Of a stretch of 64,000 nucleotides of DNA, positions 1 to 12,939 are shown piece after piece. This stretch comes from Carcharhinus longimanus (lineage: Eukaryota). The first letter of the stretch is position 1, and every line of letters begins with the position of its first letter. The position numbers and the translations under genes were made by a program. The notes below the pieces were generated by a model. That model had not been told where the DNA came from, ran no database searches, and saw only the letters and a list, made by a program, of their open reading frames with translations. The stretch is taken from positions 9,709,632 to 9,773,631 of the forward strand of contig JASCQW010000032.1 in the NCBI GenBank assembly GCA_030264375.1, in the 5' to 3' direction.

Positions 1-3000
1 GTTGATAAGCTCATAAATATGTCAAAATATACAAACTTTACTTGAATAAGCAGAGTAAAACCAGTATCCACATCAGAAGCTCACAAGTCTATCAAAATAA
101 ATAAAAATAGACACTTGAAAAAATATTCTCTCCAGAGGCTCCCAAATCTGCCCAAGCCATCAAACCCACTTTTTCCAGGACAGCTGCATAAACAAGCTCC
201 GCGCTACAGAATCCATCGATGTTTTGGAAATTTGGAAAACAGCTAAGTCATCAGTCTCATTGCCCAGGATAGTTGTGTGAATAAACTTGGCAGTATAAAA
301 CCAATTGCTGCTTTTGAAAGCAGCCAAACACACATTTAGCTTTTGAATTGTTCAAGCAGTCAAAAAGATAACTGAGCTGAATTAAAGCTCAATTAGCTCC
401 AGACCTCACACTAACGTCACAATATTGTACAAACTGTATAGCATTTTATCCAGTGCTGAGTTTATTCTCAATTATCTGAAGATATCTTCGTATTGACGAT
501 ATTGTTCTTTCACTTGATAGCTTGCCAGTTGTCAGAATGAATACTGTGGCTACAATATTATTTAATAATCATTTATTTTATTGAACTGCAGCAGCCTTAT
601 TACTCACTTCAGTAAACATTGATATAAATCAGGCTATGGCGTTTTATGATGAATTGTAAATGAGGCAACAACATTTTTACTCACGTTTTATATTTTTCTT
701 CTCTCTATAGCTCACATATCCATTCTATAGTTTAGATTTTGGAGGATTTCCAAAATGCAGCCAGAGTGAAAATCTCAGAGCACAGATATGCCAACTTCAA
801 GGACAGTGCTTGCAACTTCTTAATTGCAGCCTATGGCAATCCTGCCTGCTCTCTTTTCCACTCTGCTAAAGATAACCAGAGACCAAAATGGAGGTGGGCC
901 TTTTGGGCCTCCTGCCTGTTGGCACCATCCAATCCCTGAGTTGTTCTGTTGGAACCAAATTTGGAGATGAAATGGGTAGTTTAAGATAAAATTAAAGGCC
1001 AAATAAGACCAACTATCAGAAGACAATTGAAATTTTCATGTCAGCCTGCCCACAGTGTTGGGAGAACAGCAGCTCTTTGGAAGTGGCCTCCCATCAGTGC
1101 CCAAAAGTCTATGATTCCTTTAAGAAACAATACCCCACCCCATTGATGTGATCATAGGCTGCCTTGCGGACACATTCCTCCTCCACAGTGGTGGCCCAGC
1201 ATTTGTGGCCATTCTTAAAAGCCACAAGTTGAAGAAATCTTGATACAGCAGCCCCTTCTATTGGACGTCTTAATAGCTTCCAGTTTTGAGAGCCTTATGG
1301 TCACTAATTGAACAGGCAAACTCACTGTTGGGTGATTACTCCTGAAATAGTGTGGGTTGTTAACCTGTATTTGATCCTGGTTTCGGGATTCCAACGTAAA
1401 ATCCTCCCCTTTTTTTTAACTGATCTCCAATGGCCTGGTTTCTGTTTGGTTAGTGCAGTTAAAATCAGGGCCTCTTGACATTCTATGGATGGATCATTGC
1501 CAAAGTGCAGCTTGTAAAAAAGATATCTTGTAAAAATGCTTTAATAACCTTGATATTGTTTAATGCTTTTCAAAAGCCAGGAAAGAAATACCTATTCCTT
1601 GGACTTTATTTACCCACGGTTAGCAATATTATTTAGGAGTCTGAGTAGCTAAGTAGAATCCACATTTAAATAGCCTGCAGAGGGAATATTCTTGATGAGC
1701 TGCATTACAGGCTTCTCTCCCACTGTTGTCCCTTCTTGCTTGGTGAGGTCTGAAGCATGTTATAAATATATTTGAAGGTTAAAAATATTTATTAATCACA
1801 AGGTGGCACCAAAGAGCCAAAGTCTATTTCTTGATTTATTCCCCATTAATGACTGTAATTTCAAAGGATTAGGGCTTGGATTGGGAACAGTGGCTAGAAT
1901 GGATCTTGCAACAGGATCTGAAAATAGGGGCAACCTGATATTGGCAGCTTGTCTTTTTCTCCTTGCTTACTTTGAAAGCTTTTGAAAACAGTAATTGAAA
2001 ATTACTTGAAGACAAAATATTAATTTATCGCATTTAAAAACGTGGAGTTATATTTAGCTTGCACTGAATCATTTCATAGTACATTACCTGTTTATAAATT
2101 TAAATTTACACTTTGAAGCCAAGATTGTTCATAGAAACTGATAAATTGTCAACAATGGGCTTCTCTAATTACATTTATAGGGCAGTACATCCTGCAGAAA
2201 TACATTTGATCGTTTACTTCCTACAAAGATGTCTTCTTTCTAGATATCTTTAGGTCAATGATTCTGCTTTATACAAAATCTTTTCAGGAACTCAGCAAAG
2301 TTCTGGATCCTCACAAAGTAGACAGCCACCCAGAGATGACTGAGCATTTGTTTTGGTGAATAGTATGATGCAAAGTAACTTATTCATGGAAGCAAAATGC
2401 TTCACAACATATTTTGATTATTGGTATTCACAATTTTGATATGATTGTGAAATTAAGACTTTGCATAGCTATGCATCAGAAAGCTAAAAATGTTCATAAT
2501 AAAAAAGATGAGTTTATATTTAGTTACTATGCACATTTAAAACGAGGTAATTCGGGTAATCGAGAAGCCATACTTTCACTTTGGTGTGAATATCAGTTGA
2601 CTTGAACATGGTTGTACTGGTTTAAAAAATTGTAACATGAAATGTCAGTTAGTTAAAGTGTCATCTTAGATTTGGTAGCTTGCTTATCTTTGACAGAAGA
2701 TTGTCGACTTGTAACTTATTCCCAGGATTAAGTGCATAATCTAGGTTGACATTGCAATATTGTACAATGAGAATCATAAAAACAAACAGAAAACATTCTA
2801 ATTGTTCCTGACAACTGTCTTCCCTCAACCAATTCCACCAAAAACAGTTTAACTAGTAATTCACTCATTGCTGTTTATGGGATACAATTGTTTCAGAATG
2901 GCTACCATGGATACCAATATAATTATGTGAAATGTTTTAAGAATGTTCAACATGTTCATAATTTCCAGTGGTAGCAGGGTCACAATGTTGGAAGAACATG

Positions 3001-3296
3001 GCTTTGAAAGGAATTAAGAAAATAAAGGAAGATTGTATTAATAATCCTAGCCAAAAAAAGTCAATGTAAGTACAATATGATTGACAAGAAATATTTCATT
3101 TTTATTATTTTTTTCTCTCTCTTGCAAATGTACTTAATTTTGGCTGAAGGTAGAGTGAACTGAGGTAGGGACTTCATAATCATTATGCAAATAAAANNNN
3201 NNNNNNNNNNNNNNNNNNNNNNNNNNNNNNNNNNNNNNNNNNNNNNNNNNNNNNNNNNNNNNNNNNNNNNNNNNNNNNNNNNNNNNNNNNNNNNNN

Positions 3297-4360
3297 ATAG
3301 CTCAACCCCCTCAACTCCGGCATCAGCCTAGTAAACCTCCTCTGCACTCCCTCCAAGGCCAAAATATCCTTCAGAACATCTATCTCCTCCTTCCTATCAA
3401 CCTGTATCATGCACTCATCCTCAAAAACATGGCCCCTCTCCTTAGTGAACACTGAAGAAACGGATTCATTCAACGCCTCACCTATCCCTTCTGACTCCAT
3501 GCACAAGTTCCCACTACTATCCTTGACTGGCCCTAACGTCACCCTGGTCATTCTTTTATTTTTCACATAAGAGTAAAAGCCTTGGGGCTTTCTTTTATCT
3601 GACCCACCAAGGACTTCTCATGCCACCTCCTAGCTCTCTTAAGCCCTTTCTTTAACTCATTCCTAGCTACCTTATAACCCTCAAGCGACCCAACTGAACC
3701 TTGTTTTTTCATCCTTACATACACTTCCTTTTTCCTCTTAACAAGATATTCAACCTCCTTTCTGAACCACGGTTCCCTCACTCAGCTATTTCCTCCTTGC
3801 CTGCCAGGGACATACCTATCAAGGACATACAGTATTTGTTCCTTGAAAAAGCTCCACTTTTCATTTGTGCCCATACCTGACAGTTTCTGTTCCCATCTTA
3901 TGCCCTCTAATTCTTGCCTAATCGCATCATAATTATCCCTGCCCCGATTATAAACCTTGACCTGCCGTGTGACCCTATCCCTCTCCATTGCAATAATGAA
4001 GGACACCGAATTGTGGTCACTATCTCCAAAGTACTCTCCCACGAACAAATCTAACACTTGGACCAGTTCATTACCCAGTACCAAGTCCAATGTGGCCCCA
4101 CCTCTTGTTGGTTTATTCACATATTGTGTCAGGAAATTCTCCTGCACCCATTGTACAAAAAGTGTCCCATCAAACTACTCGACCTATAAAGGTTCCAATC
4201 AATATTTAGAAAATTGAAGTCACCCATGATAACTACCCTGTGACCTCCACACCTATCCATAATCTGCTTTGCCATTTCCTACTCCACATCTCTATTACTA
4301 TTTGGGGGCCCGTAGAAACTCTTGACAACATGACTGATCCTTTCCTATTCCTAACTTCAA
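3297..4360 (-). mobile_element. CR1/HER1-like LINE ORF2 fragment (APE endonuclease C-terminus and linker), decayed
   Basis: Consecutive minus ORFs: QENFLTQYVNKPTRGGATLDLVLGNE...GDSDHNSVSF (EN motif SDH), REPWFRKEV..., GPVKDSSGNLCMESE. 3297-3370 is a late-ORF2 piece (LEGVQRRFTRLMPELRGLSY) abutting a gap. Confidence 0.92.
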
Positions 4361-5587
4361 ACTTCTAACTTAAAGACAAGTGTGACATTTTTCCATATAC
4401 CAAAAACATCATCCTCTGTCTCTTTAATGAGCTTGTCAAATTAGTCTCGAAGGAGGGACAGATGGTAATGTGGACCCATACCCACTGGGAACTAGATTGA
4501 GACTACCCAAACTTAGTTCACACATGATCTTCACCACCAACAGTCAAAGAAACTTGCTTCCTATTACTCTGGGCAGAATTTTGATGTGCTTTAGATGGGA
4601 ATTAAATCTGCCACCTACTTGAGCAGGGTATAAGCTTTTACCCAGACGCTGGCAATTTTGTTTATTTGCGAAGTCTGAATAGCTTTCCTTCTTTTCTGTG
4701 CCGACTTGTATATCTCTAGCATGGCCACTAAGTTGTGTCTTTTTAGTATCCATTGTGACTATTAAGAGCTACTATCACCATTGATCACTTTGTTGATTTA
4801 TTTTGTAATCTTGAAATCTTCCCCCCAACAAAAACTTGCATTTATGTTTCATCTTTATTGTGGAAAAGTGTGTTGGGTCTTCACAGGAGCATAAATTGGA
4901 ATAAACTGATACAAAGCCGAAGAACAAGATATTAAAATGGTTCATTAAAGGTTTGTCAGAGGGAAGTTCAGGGGAGGATTTTAAAAGAGGAACAAAAATG
5001 AAGAGGCATAGAGATTTAGGCAGTGAGCTTACTGCCTATTTTGCTGAAGGCATTAGTGGAAAATAAATACTATAAGAGCTAGAGTGGGAGAAACACATTG
5101 CAAAATTCAGGTGCCCTTTTTTTTGGCACAGAAGGTTGCGGGTGGAGGGGGTGGTTTTATTGAAAACAAGGTATGTAAGACACAAAATTTAACTATCCAA
5201 TTCATTTCTATAGTTGTATTGTGGCCACGAATAGCTCCTGCGCAGCACCAAGCACTATTTCAATGCAGCTGACCTCTGCACCTTTTGAGGGACTGGGTAC
5301 CCTTCTTCAGAAACTATGGGTACAATTTTTACTCCCTGCCTGGGCCAGGAACAGAGGCAGGTTGGCAACGAAATTCATGTTGTTTGACGGTGTGCCAGTT
5401 TCCTGGATTTATCTAATTCCTGGGCCATTTTGCCAGAAGTGAATTGAAGGGTTGCAAAGCCACTGATCCACAAGGGGCAGATAGCTAATTGAAGTACATA
5501 AAAGTTTACTGAAGGAGGCAGACTGGAATTTCCTCCCCATGGAGGAAACCAGGGACAATTTAACTTCATGGATGTAGCGTCCTGGCA

Positions 5588-7500
5588 GTAAGACCATAAG
5601 ATACAGGAGCAGAATTAGGCCATTCAGTCCGCCGAGTCTGCTCTGCCATTCAATCATGGCTGAAATGATTCTCATTTCCATTCTCTTGCCTTCTCCCTGT
5701 AACCCTTGATCTCCTTATTGATCAAGAGCTTACCTATCTCTGTCTTAAATAACCTGGCATCCACAGCCCTCTGTGGCATCTGCAGATTCACCATCCTCTG
5801 GCTGAAGAAATTCCTCCTCATCTCAGTTTTATAGGAGTGACCCTTCATTTGAGGTTGTGTCCTCGAGTTAAGAACATAAGAAATAGGAGCAGGAGTAGGC
5901 CATCTAGCCCTTCGAGCCTGCCCCACCATTCAATAAGATCANNNNNNNNNNNNNNNNNNNNNNNNNNNNNNNNNNNNNNNNNNNNNNNNNNNNNNNNNNN
6001 NNNNNNNNNNNNNNNNNNNNNNNNNNNNNNNNNNNNNNNNNTACCCCCAACTCCATGCCCCCTAACCTTCTGAAGCAACCTTTTGTGCGGCACCTTATCA
6101 AACACCTTTTGAAAATCGGAAAACACCACCACACTAGTGGGAGTTGTAATCCCTCCCACTAACGGAAGCATCCTCTTCATGTCCACCCTATCTAGGCCTC
6201 CCAGTATTCTTTAAGTTAGATCCCCCCTCATCCTTCTAAACTCCTTTGAGTATAGACCCAGGCTCCTCAACCACTCCTCATATGACAAACCCTTTGTTCC
6301 TGGAATCATTCTTGTCAACCTCCTCTGGAGCCCCTCCAAGGCTAGCACATCCTTCATTAGGTATGGGATCAAAAACTGCTGACAATACTCCAAATGGTGT
6401 CTGACCAGAGCCTTATACAGCTTCGACAGTACGTCCCTGCTCTTGTATTCTAGCTCTCTAGAAATGAATGCTAACATTAAATTTGCCTTCCTAACTGCCA
6501 GCTGAACCTGCATGTTAACCTTAAGAGAGTCCTGAACCAGGACTCCCAAATCTTTTTGTGCTTCAGATTTCCTAAGTCTTTTCCCATTTAGAAAATAGCC
6601 TACACCTCTATTCTTCCTAGCAAAGTGCATAACCTTGCATTCCCACACTGTATTCTATCTGCCTCTTCTTTGCCCACTCTCCTAGCCTGTCCAAGTAATT
6701 CTGCAGCCTCCCCATTTCCTCAACACTACTTGTCCCTCTACATATCTTTGTGTCATCCACAAATTTAGCAACCATGCCCTCAGTTTCATCTTGCAGATAA
6801 TTAATGTATATAGTAAAAAAATTGTGGTCCCAATATTGACTCCTGTGGAATACCACTAGTCACCTGTTGCCATCTGAAAAAGACCCCCTTATCCCCACTC
6901 TCTGCCTTCTGTCTGTCAGCCAATCTTCTATGCTTGCCAGTACCTTGCCTCTAACACCATTCGTTCTTAGCTTATTTAGCAGTGTCCTGCAAGACACCTT
7001 GTCAAAGGCTTTCTAGAAATCCAAATGAATCATGTCCACTGTCTGTCCTTTGTCTAACCTCTTCATTACTTCCTCAAAGAGTTCTAACAGGTTTGTCAGA
7101 CATGACTTCCCTTTGATGAAGCCATGCTGAATCAGCCCTATTATACCATGCATTTCCAAGCACTCTGCAATTTCATCCTTAATAATGGACTCCAAGATCT
7201 TACCCACAACCGAGTTCAGGCTAACTGTCCAACAATTGCCCATCTTCTAACTTCTTAAACTGGGGTGTTACATGAGCCTTTTTCCAGTGCTCTGGGACCT
7301 TCCCTGACTCCAGTGATTCCTGAAAAATCACCGTCAATGCCTCCACAATCTCTTCAGCTATCTCCTTCAGAACCCTAGGGTGTAGTCCATCTGGCCCAGG
7401 TGATTTATCCATCTTCAGACCTTTCAGCTTCTCTAGCACCTTCTCCTTAGTGATGGCCACTACATTTACCTCTACGCCCTGACTCTCTTGAAGTTGTGGC
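5588..7500 (-). mobile_element. CR1-type LINE, RT domain to 3' UTR, 5'-truncated and frameshifted, with a nested younger CR1 at ~5870-6130
   Basis: Minus ORFs: KSPGPDGLHPRVLKE, QHGFIKGKSCLTNLLE, VAKFVDDTK (RT FADD-like motif), LYKALVRHHLEYC, MRRNFFSQRMVN. CR1-like 3' tail at 5588-5660. Confidence 0.95.
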
Positions 7501-9070
7501 AGGTGACACTTTGATTTTCACTCCGGCATGTAAACTCAGAACTGATTGGGGTGAATCACAGCCCTCATCTTTCCTTTGACATCTCCTCCTTTATTAATTT
7601 ATCTGCTGTATTTATTATTTATTACTTTATAATTCATTTATCAGGAGAAATATATTTTATGAAAACTAAGAATTCTCCAGCACTGAAATAACATGGTAAA
7701 AAGATAAGAATAAAATTGAAACTAAAAAAAGGCTACACTAAGTACAAAATAAAGAAGGAGATGTTAGAAGGAAAGATGATGGTTGTGGTTTCCTCTCAGA
7801 TCTGGCAATTTTCTCCCATGCCACGGAGAAAACCGAAGTGTTACCTGCTGACAATAGCAGCCCCTCCCAGGTGGGATTCACTCACCTGTTCAATGTAAAT
7901 TTATGAATTGTAAGAAGCACACCAGCTAGTTGGGCATTTCTGAGATTGGGGCACTAATCTTAACATTCCCATGAAAAAAATGGTAACACCTATCTTTCCC
8001 ATTGACCAGTGGAGCATCCCAAATACCTTAGATCACTGTGCAGGCAAGATGATCCAACCTCTGATATAGACTCTGTTATTGACTCTGATGAACACTCTGA
8101 TATAAGGTCTTCTCAGACCTGCCATCCTCAGAAGGACCCTGTTACCCCTAAAATCCCCCTTGCATTCAATGCATTTAACCATGAAGGGAAAGGTGAATAA
8201 ACAAACCTTGAGCTTGCTGTGAAAAACCCATTAACTGTCACTCAAAGGCCAGTTCAAGATACTGGACCACATAGTTGAATGAAAACACAGGTCTTCAAAG
8301 CCTGGCAATGGATTTCTAAAGACTTCAGAGGCTAGGGATGGATTTGATCTTTCTAGGAAGGCTCAGAGATTTGAAACAAATGCGTGCAGTGTTACAAAAA
8401 TTGATCTGAGTGAGCAGCTGTTGGGAATGTAATCCCTCCTACTTAAATTGACTTATTCTGTGAATCAGAGGACGTTAAATGGGTTTTCTAACATCTGCAG
8501 CTTCTTAGAGAAAGAAAGAGAAATCCCTTCTGCAGAAAGTAGTGTTGCTTTGATTTAGAAGCCTTCCAGGTATCCAAGAGGCATGAGATTAAATTGAATT
8601 GTCCATTTTCAAAGATTTCACAATATGCAGAGCAGAATAAAGATTTTGATCAGAGAGCAGTCTGAAATCACCATGGCAGGAGTCATCTCCCAGTTTCCCA
8701 GGGCAAGAAGGGGAGTCCAACCACGAAACCTCCATGCCGGGGGAGAGTCCTGGGGTCAACCCGATTTGGGGTAACCTGATTGGAGCCATCCGGGGCCGGC
8801 CAGGTGAATGGCAACAGGTTTGCTATCTGGTGGGAATCCTGTTTCAGCCTGAATGCCTGATTCCTAGGGTGTCAGGATTCCTGCAGGCAGGATGAATTTC
8901 CTTTGAAGTGTCTGGGGAAGAAGTCACAAAACTGGAACTGCAAAATTAAGCTACTGAAGAATATTGTTTTAAACAAGTAAACCATTCTATCAGCAGATAA
9001 TGACAATAGAAAAAACTGGATACAGATAGGCCACAATCAGAATGTAAATCCACAGAGAAATGGCAAAGAG

Positions 9071-10720
9071 GGGTGGATTTTTGTGGTCTCAGGAAATGCC
9101 AGCACTGAAATTAAACCCTTTCCCAAAGACATTCAGGTAGGGTTTTGTTTTCCTGACATTCAGTGCAGTGTTGGAGGAATGTGGGTGCCAATGTTGGATT
9201 GTTAGAAGACTCACCTTGGTTTGCTGGAACATTGATCCAGCTCTTTAACATAGTTCTTATTCTCCCTCAATTCCCCAATTACCTCTGTGCCCCCTCCATG
9301 CCTCCTTAAATTGCCAAGTGTCCTCATATGCTCAATGACCCTTATATTCCCCTATACTCCCTCACACCCCCTTTTCCCCAATATATTCTCAATAGCCACT
9401 CAACCAGTATCTATTACAAGTCCTCAGGAGCCATGTTATAGCAATGTGAAGCATTTGATATGGTCATAAATAGTTAAACCTGTAACAAGCTAATTGCTGT
9501 CACTGAAGAACACATCCATTCATTTTCAAGGAATCCATGAAAAAATACGTAAATCCCTCAAGAGGTAATTCAGTTGTAAAACCAAACCTCGATTCAGCAG
9601 CCACATCAAAATCAGATAATCCTTAAATAACTTGATAACTGTCCTGCTGAGTCAACTTGTTCAGAAATTTTTGAAAGTCAGCCATGCATTCATAATAGGC
9701 TTAGCTATCAAACTAACTAACTATTAAAATATCAAACTATGAAGTTTCTTGAAACCACAAAGATAGGAGGTTATGTTTTTTTCTAAACTATACTAGATTT
9801 TCTTTCAAAGTAATCCCGGGGTAGCTGATGTCGTACTGGCATGAATTCATCCAAGTGTGTAATACTGTAACAGCCTCTTGAAGGATGCCATGGTTGGAAG
9901 GACTGCACTATGTGCAGTTGCTTAAGGATGTGCACAACTGGAGTGCTCAGCACATTCCACAGCAACAACACACTCTCTAAGGTACTGTACCTTCCAAGGA
10001 TCATCTGATCATTAGGGCTGAAGGCAACTTTTGCTTCCTTTGTGATCTTTATGAAATTAATGACCTTTCGTGGTATGTTGAAGGTGATAATGAGGATGTT
10101 GTTCTCTCCCCTGCATCAAAGCATGAAGAGAACAGTGATAGTGAAAACTTGTCTTCATCTTATTTCTCTTGAAATTTTCTCTTATTTCTCTATGAGGTTG
10201 TCACAGGCATATCTTCCATGTCATGCCTGTGTAATGGCATCCACAAGTGGCTCGCTTGAGTCTTTGAGCACTTCAGGTTCATCCTCTTCTAAGTCTTTCT
10301 CACCTGAGGAGACAGCAAGCTCCTCTAAGTCTCCTGTGGCAACAAATCCCCTCTTTACAGCTAGGTTGTTCAGGGTACAGTAAACAATAATGATACTGGA
10401 TATCTTGCAGTGAGTATTGGATAACCCTACCCGACTGATCCAAACATCAGAAATGTATCTATAAGAGGCCAATAGTCTACCCTATTAAAGACCCTGTGGC
10501 TGACTGTGCAACATCGTGTCTCTTCTCAGATGCACTGTGTCCAACAAATGGGAGTTATTAGCCATGTTTCTGGGAGTACCCCTTATTACTGAAGAGCCAA
10601 CTTTTTCAGTGCTGAGCTGGAACCTGGGAGTAAATCTGTATGTATGAGTTGTGTGTATTGAATCCAGCCCATTGCTTCTACTTTTGGGGAGACCAAAGCT
10701 GGACGCCATAAATAAACAGT
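9071..10720 (-). mobile_element. Decayed PIF/Harbinger transposon with transposase C-terminal half
   Basis: Minus translation of ~10220-10690 gives WLFSNKGY (cf. WLLGDKGY), TIGLL..CLDQSG, IIIVYCTLNNLAVKRG and an acidic tail, all HARBI1-like. TIR-like GGGTGGATTTT at 9071. Extent is approximate. Confidence 0.75.
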
Positions 10721-10729
10721 TGTCTCAAG

Positions 10730-10885
10730 TAAATCCAATACAGAGTTCAGGAGAAACTTTATTACCTAAAGAATATTAAGAATGTGGAATGAACTGCCAT
10801 ACAGTATAGTTGAGGCGAATAGCATTGATATATTCTAGGGGAAGAATACATGAGGGGGAAACAAATCAAAGAATATGGTGATAGG
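10730..10885 (+). mobile_element. CR1 3' fragment
   Basis: caggagaaacttt...gaatgtggaat...gtagttgaggcgaatagcattgat matches the ORF2 end of the other CR1 copies in the window. Confidence 0.75.
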
Positions 10886-10894
10886 ATACAAAAA

Positions 10895-11600
10895 CTAAGT
10901 TCTGATGAAAGGTCATAGACCTGAAACAATAACTCTGAACTATTTTATTTGGGTGGGTTGGGGGTGAGAGGTGATCCTTTCTTTGGGAGCTGCCAACCAG
11001 TTTTTTGGCCAACAGCATCAAAAGTTCAGTAGTGAATGCTGCCAGCACTGCAATCATTCCCAAGAAGAAGGCCTAATGGATCCCAGAGTGAGGTAAGTTC
11101 AGAGTATAAGGCAGGAAGAGTTAAGGTTTTAAGAACATAAGAAATAGGAGCAGGAGTAGGCCATCTAGCCCTTCGAGCCTNNNNNNNNNNNNNNNNNNNN
11201 NNNNNNNNNNNNNNNNNNNNNNNNNNNNNNNNNNNNNNNNNNNNNNNNNNNNNNNNNNNNNNNNNNNNNNNNNNNNNNNNNNNNNNNNNNNNNNNNNNNN
11301 NNNNNNNNNNNNNNNNNNNNNNNNNNNNNNNNNNNNNNNNNNNNNNNNNNNNNNCCCTTAATTATTTATCTAAATATGGTCGAAAGCCTGCCGATTTCAG
11401 AGCCTATGCACCTATTGTGTTTTGGGGGCGAGCTCAGGCTGGATGGACAGGTGGTGTGCTCGGCACCTGTCTGATTTTATGTGCTTCTCTGCCAAAAACA
11501 TGCCAATTGATTGTATATAAAATTCAACCCTCTGTTTCACTATTCTTAGATGTTGCCAGACCTACAGAGTATTCGAGCATTTCTTGTGTTTATTTCAGTT
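10895..11600 (+). mobile_element. Penelope-like (PLE)-derived repeat with degenerate hammerhead core, interrupted by a MITE and CR1 tail (~10940-11528)
   Basis: CTGATGA-A-AGGTC-ATA-GACCT-GAAAC at 10902-10927. The typical continuation ctctgttt...agatgttgccagacct..gagtatt..agcattt resumes at ~11530-11600. Confidence 0.6.
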
Positions 11601-11729
11601 GGTCTAAGAATAGATGAAGAGTGTTAGGAGAAAGATACTGTAGAACATATGTGTTGCCATAGACATTTGTGTCAAATGGCTATGGGTCCTATGTAACTTT
11701 AAAAGGGCACAAGTGGCACAATTTATTAA

Positions 11730-12330
11730 CTGAAGCAGAGAACGTAAGAGCAGAGAGGTTATGTTGAAACTAAATAAAACATTGTTACTAGCCTACAACT
11801 TTAGTACAGTTCACAGTTCCAGTCACTCTTTACAGAAAGGATGTAATTGTGCTAAAGAGACAGGAGAGGAGATTTATGAGGATGTTGCCAGGACTGGAAA
11901 ATTACAGCTATGAGGAAAGAATGGATAGGTTGGCGCTGTTCTCCTTTGGACAAAGGAGAATGAGGGGAGATTTGATTGAGATGTACAAAATTGTGAGGAG
12001 GCTAGGCATAGTAGATAGGAAGGGCCAATTTATTTCAGCAGAGGGGCCAATGGCTAGAGGGCATAAACTTAAACTGATTGTTAGAAAGATTAGATGGGAG
12101 AGAAGGAAATATTTCTTCATCCAGAGGGTTGCAGTGATCTGGAACTTACTGCGTGAAAGGGTAGTAGAGACAGAAACCTTCAACTCATTTAAAAGGTGTC
12201 TCAAAATGCACCTGAAGTGCTATAATAATCGGGCTATGGACCAAACGCTGGAAAGTGGGATTAGCTGTTTTTTTGGCCAGTGCAGGTGCAGTGGATCAAG
12301 TGGCTTCTTTCTATGGTTATATGATTCAAT
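11730..12330 (+). mobile_element. CR1 LINE ORF2 C-terminus and 3' UTR
   Basis: ORF 11849-12397: QERRFMRMLPGLENYSYEERMDRLALFS..RRMRGDLIEMYKI..RGHKLKL..YFFIQRVAVIWNLL. Confidence 0.92.
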
Positions 12331-12939
12331 GAACAATTTCACAGAGCTCCTTGGAAATCAATTTGCCATTTTTGTTTGGTGCTGGCATCATGAATAATTA
12401 AATAATGGCAAGTATAAAAGGCAGGTAATGTTGCAAATGACCAGATGACAAATGTGGGCCAACTGTGTTTTTGACCACAACCCCCACACCCCCTTTCACT
12501 CTGGCTCACGAGGCTTTAGAACTTGTTTGACTTGTACTGCTACTGCATTAATTATTAATTTATGATTTTTGTTGGCTTTTGGATTGTTAATACTGATAGT
12601 GAATAAATGGTAAATACCAGAATGCATACGGCCCTGATTCTAACTACCCTCTACGGCAGAAACCAGAAAAATGGGACCATAGAAATAACTTGAGTTTGTT
12701 ACCACCTTCAATTCTGCTTCTTGCCAGCCATGTCCAAATATTAACCTACAGCTCTTTTGAGCAGTTGAGCAGGACACCCACAGGAAGGAAACAAAATTAT
12801 GTATGAAATGTGTAGATAGGGCCTGGTTGAATTTGCAGTTTCAATCTGAAACCTGACTGGTGGGAGAATAGCATCAACTTCCTGTCAGACAAATCTACTG
12901 GGAGTCAAATTTGAGGCCAGATGAGACACAGTAGGCAGG

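Noticed and set aside
2288-2360. Candidate coding exon (ELSKVLDPHKVDSHPEMTEHLF or TQQSSGSSQSRQPPRDD*)
   Set aside because: Weak splice context, no recognisable homology and no partner exons.
3297-3370. Apparent fusion of late ORF2 (LEGVQRRFTRL) to early ORF2 in ORF 3183-3566
   Set aside because: Lies next to a gap; best explained by a nested truncated CR1 or a mis-join, not a novel protein.
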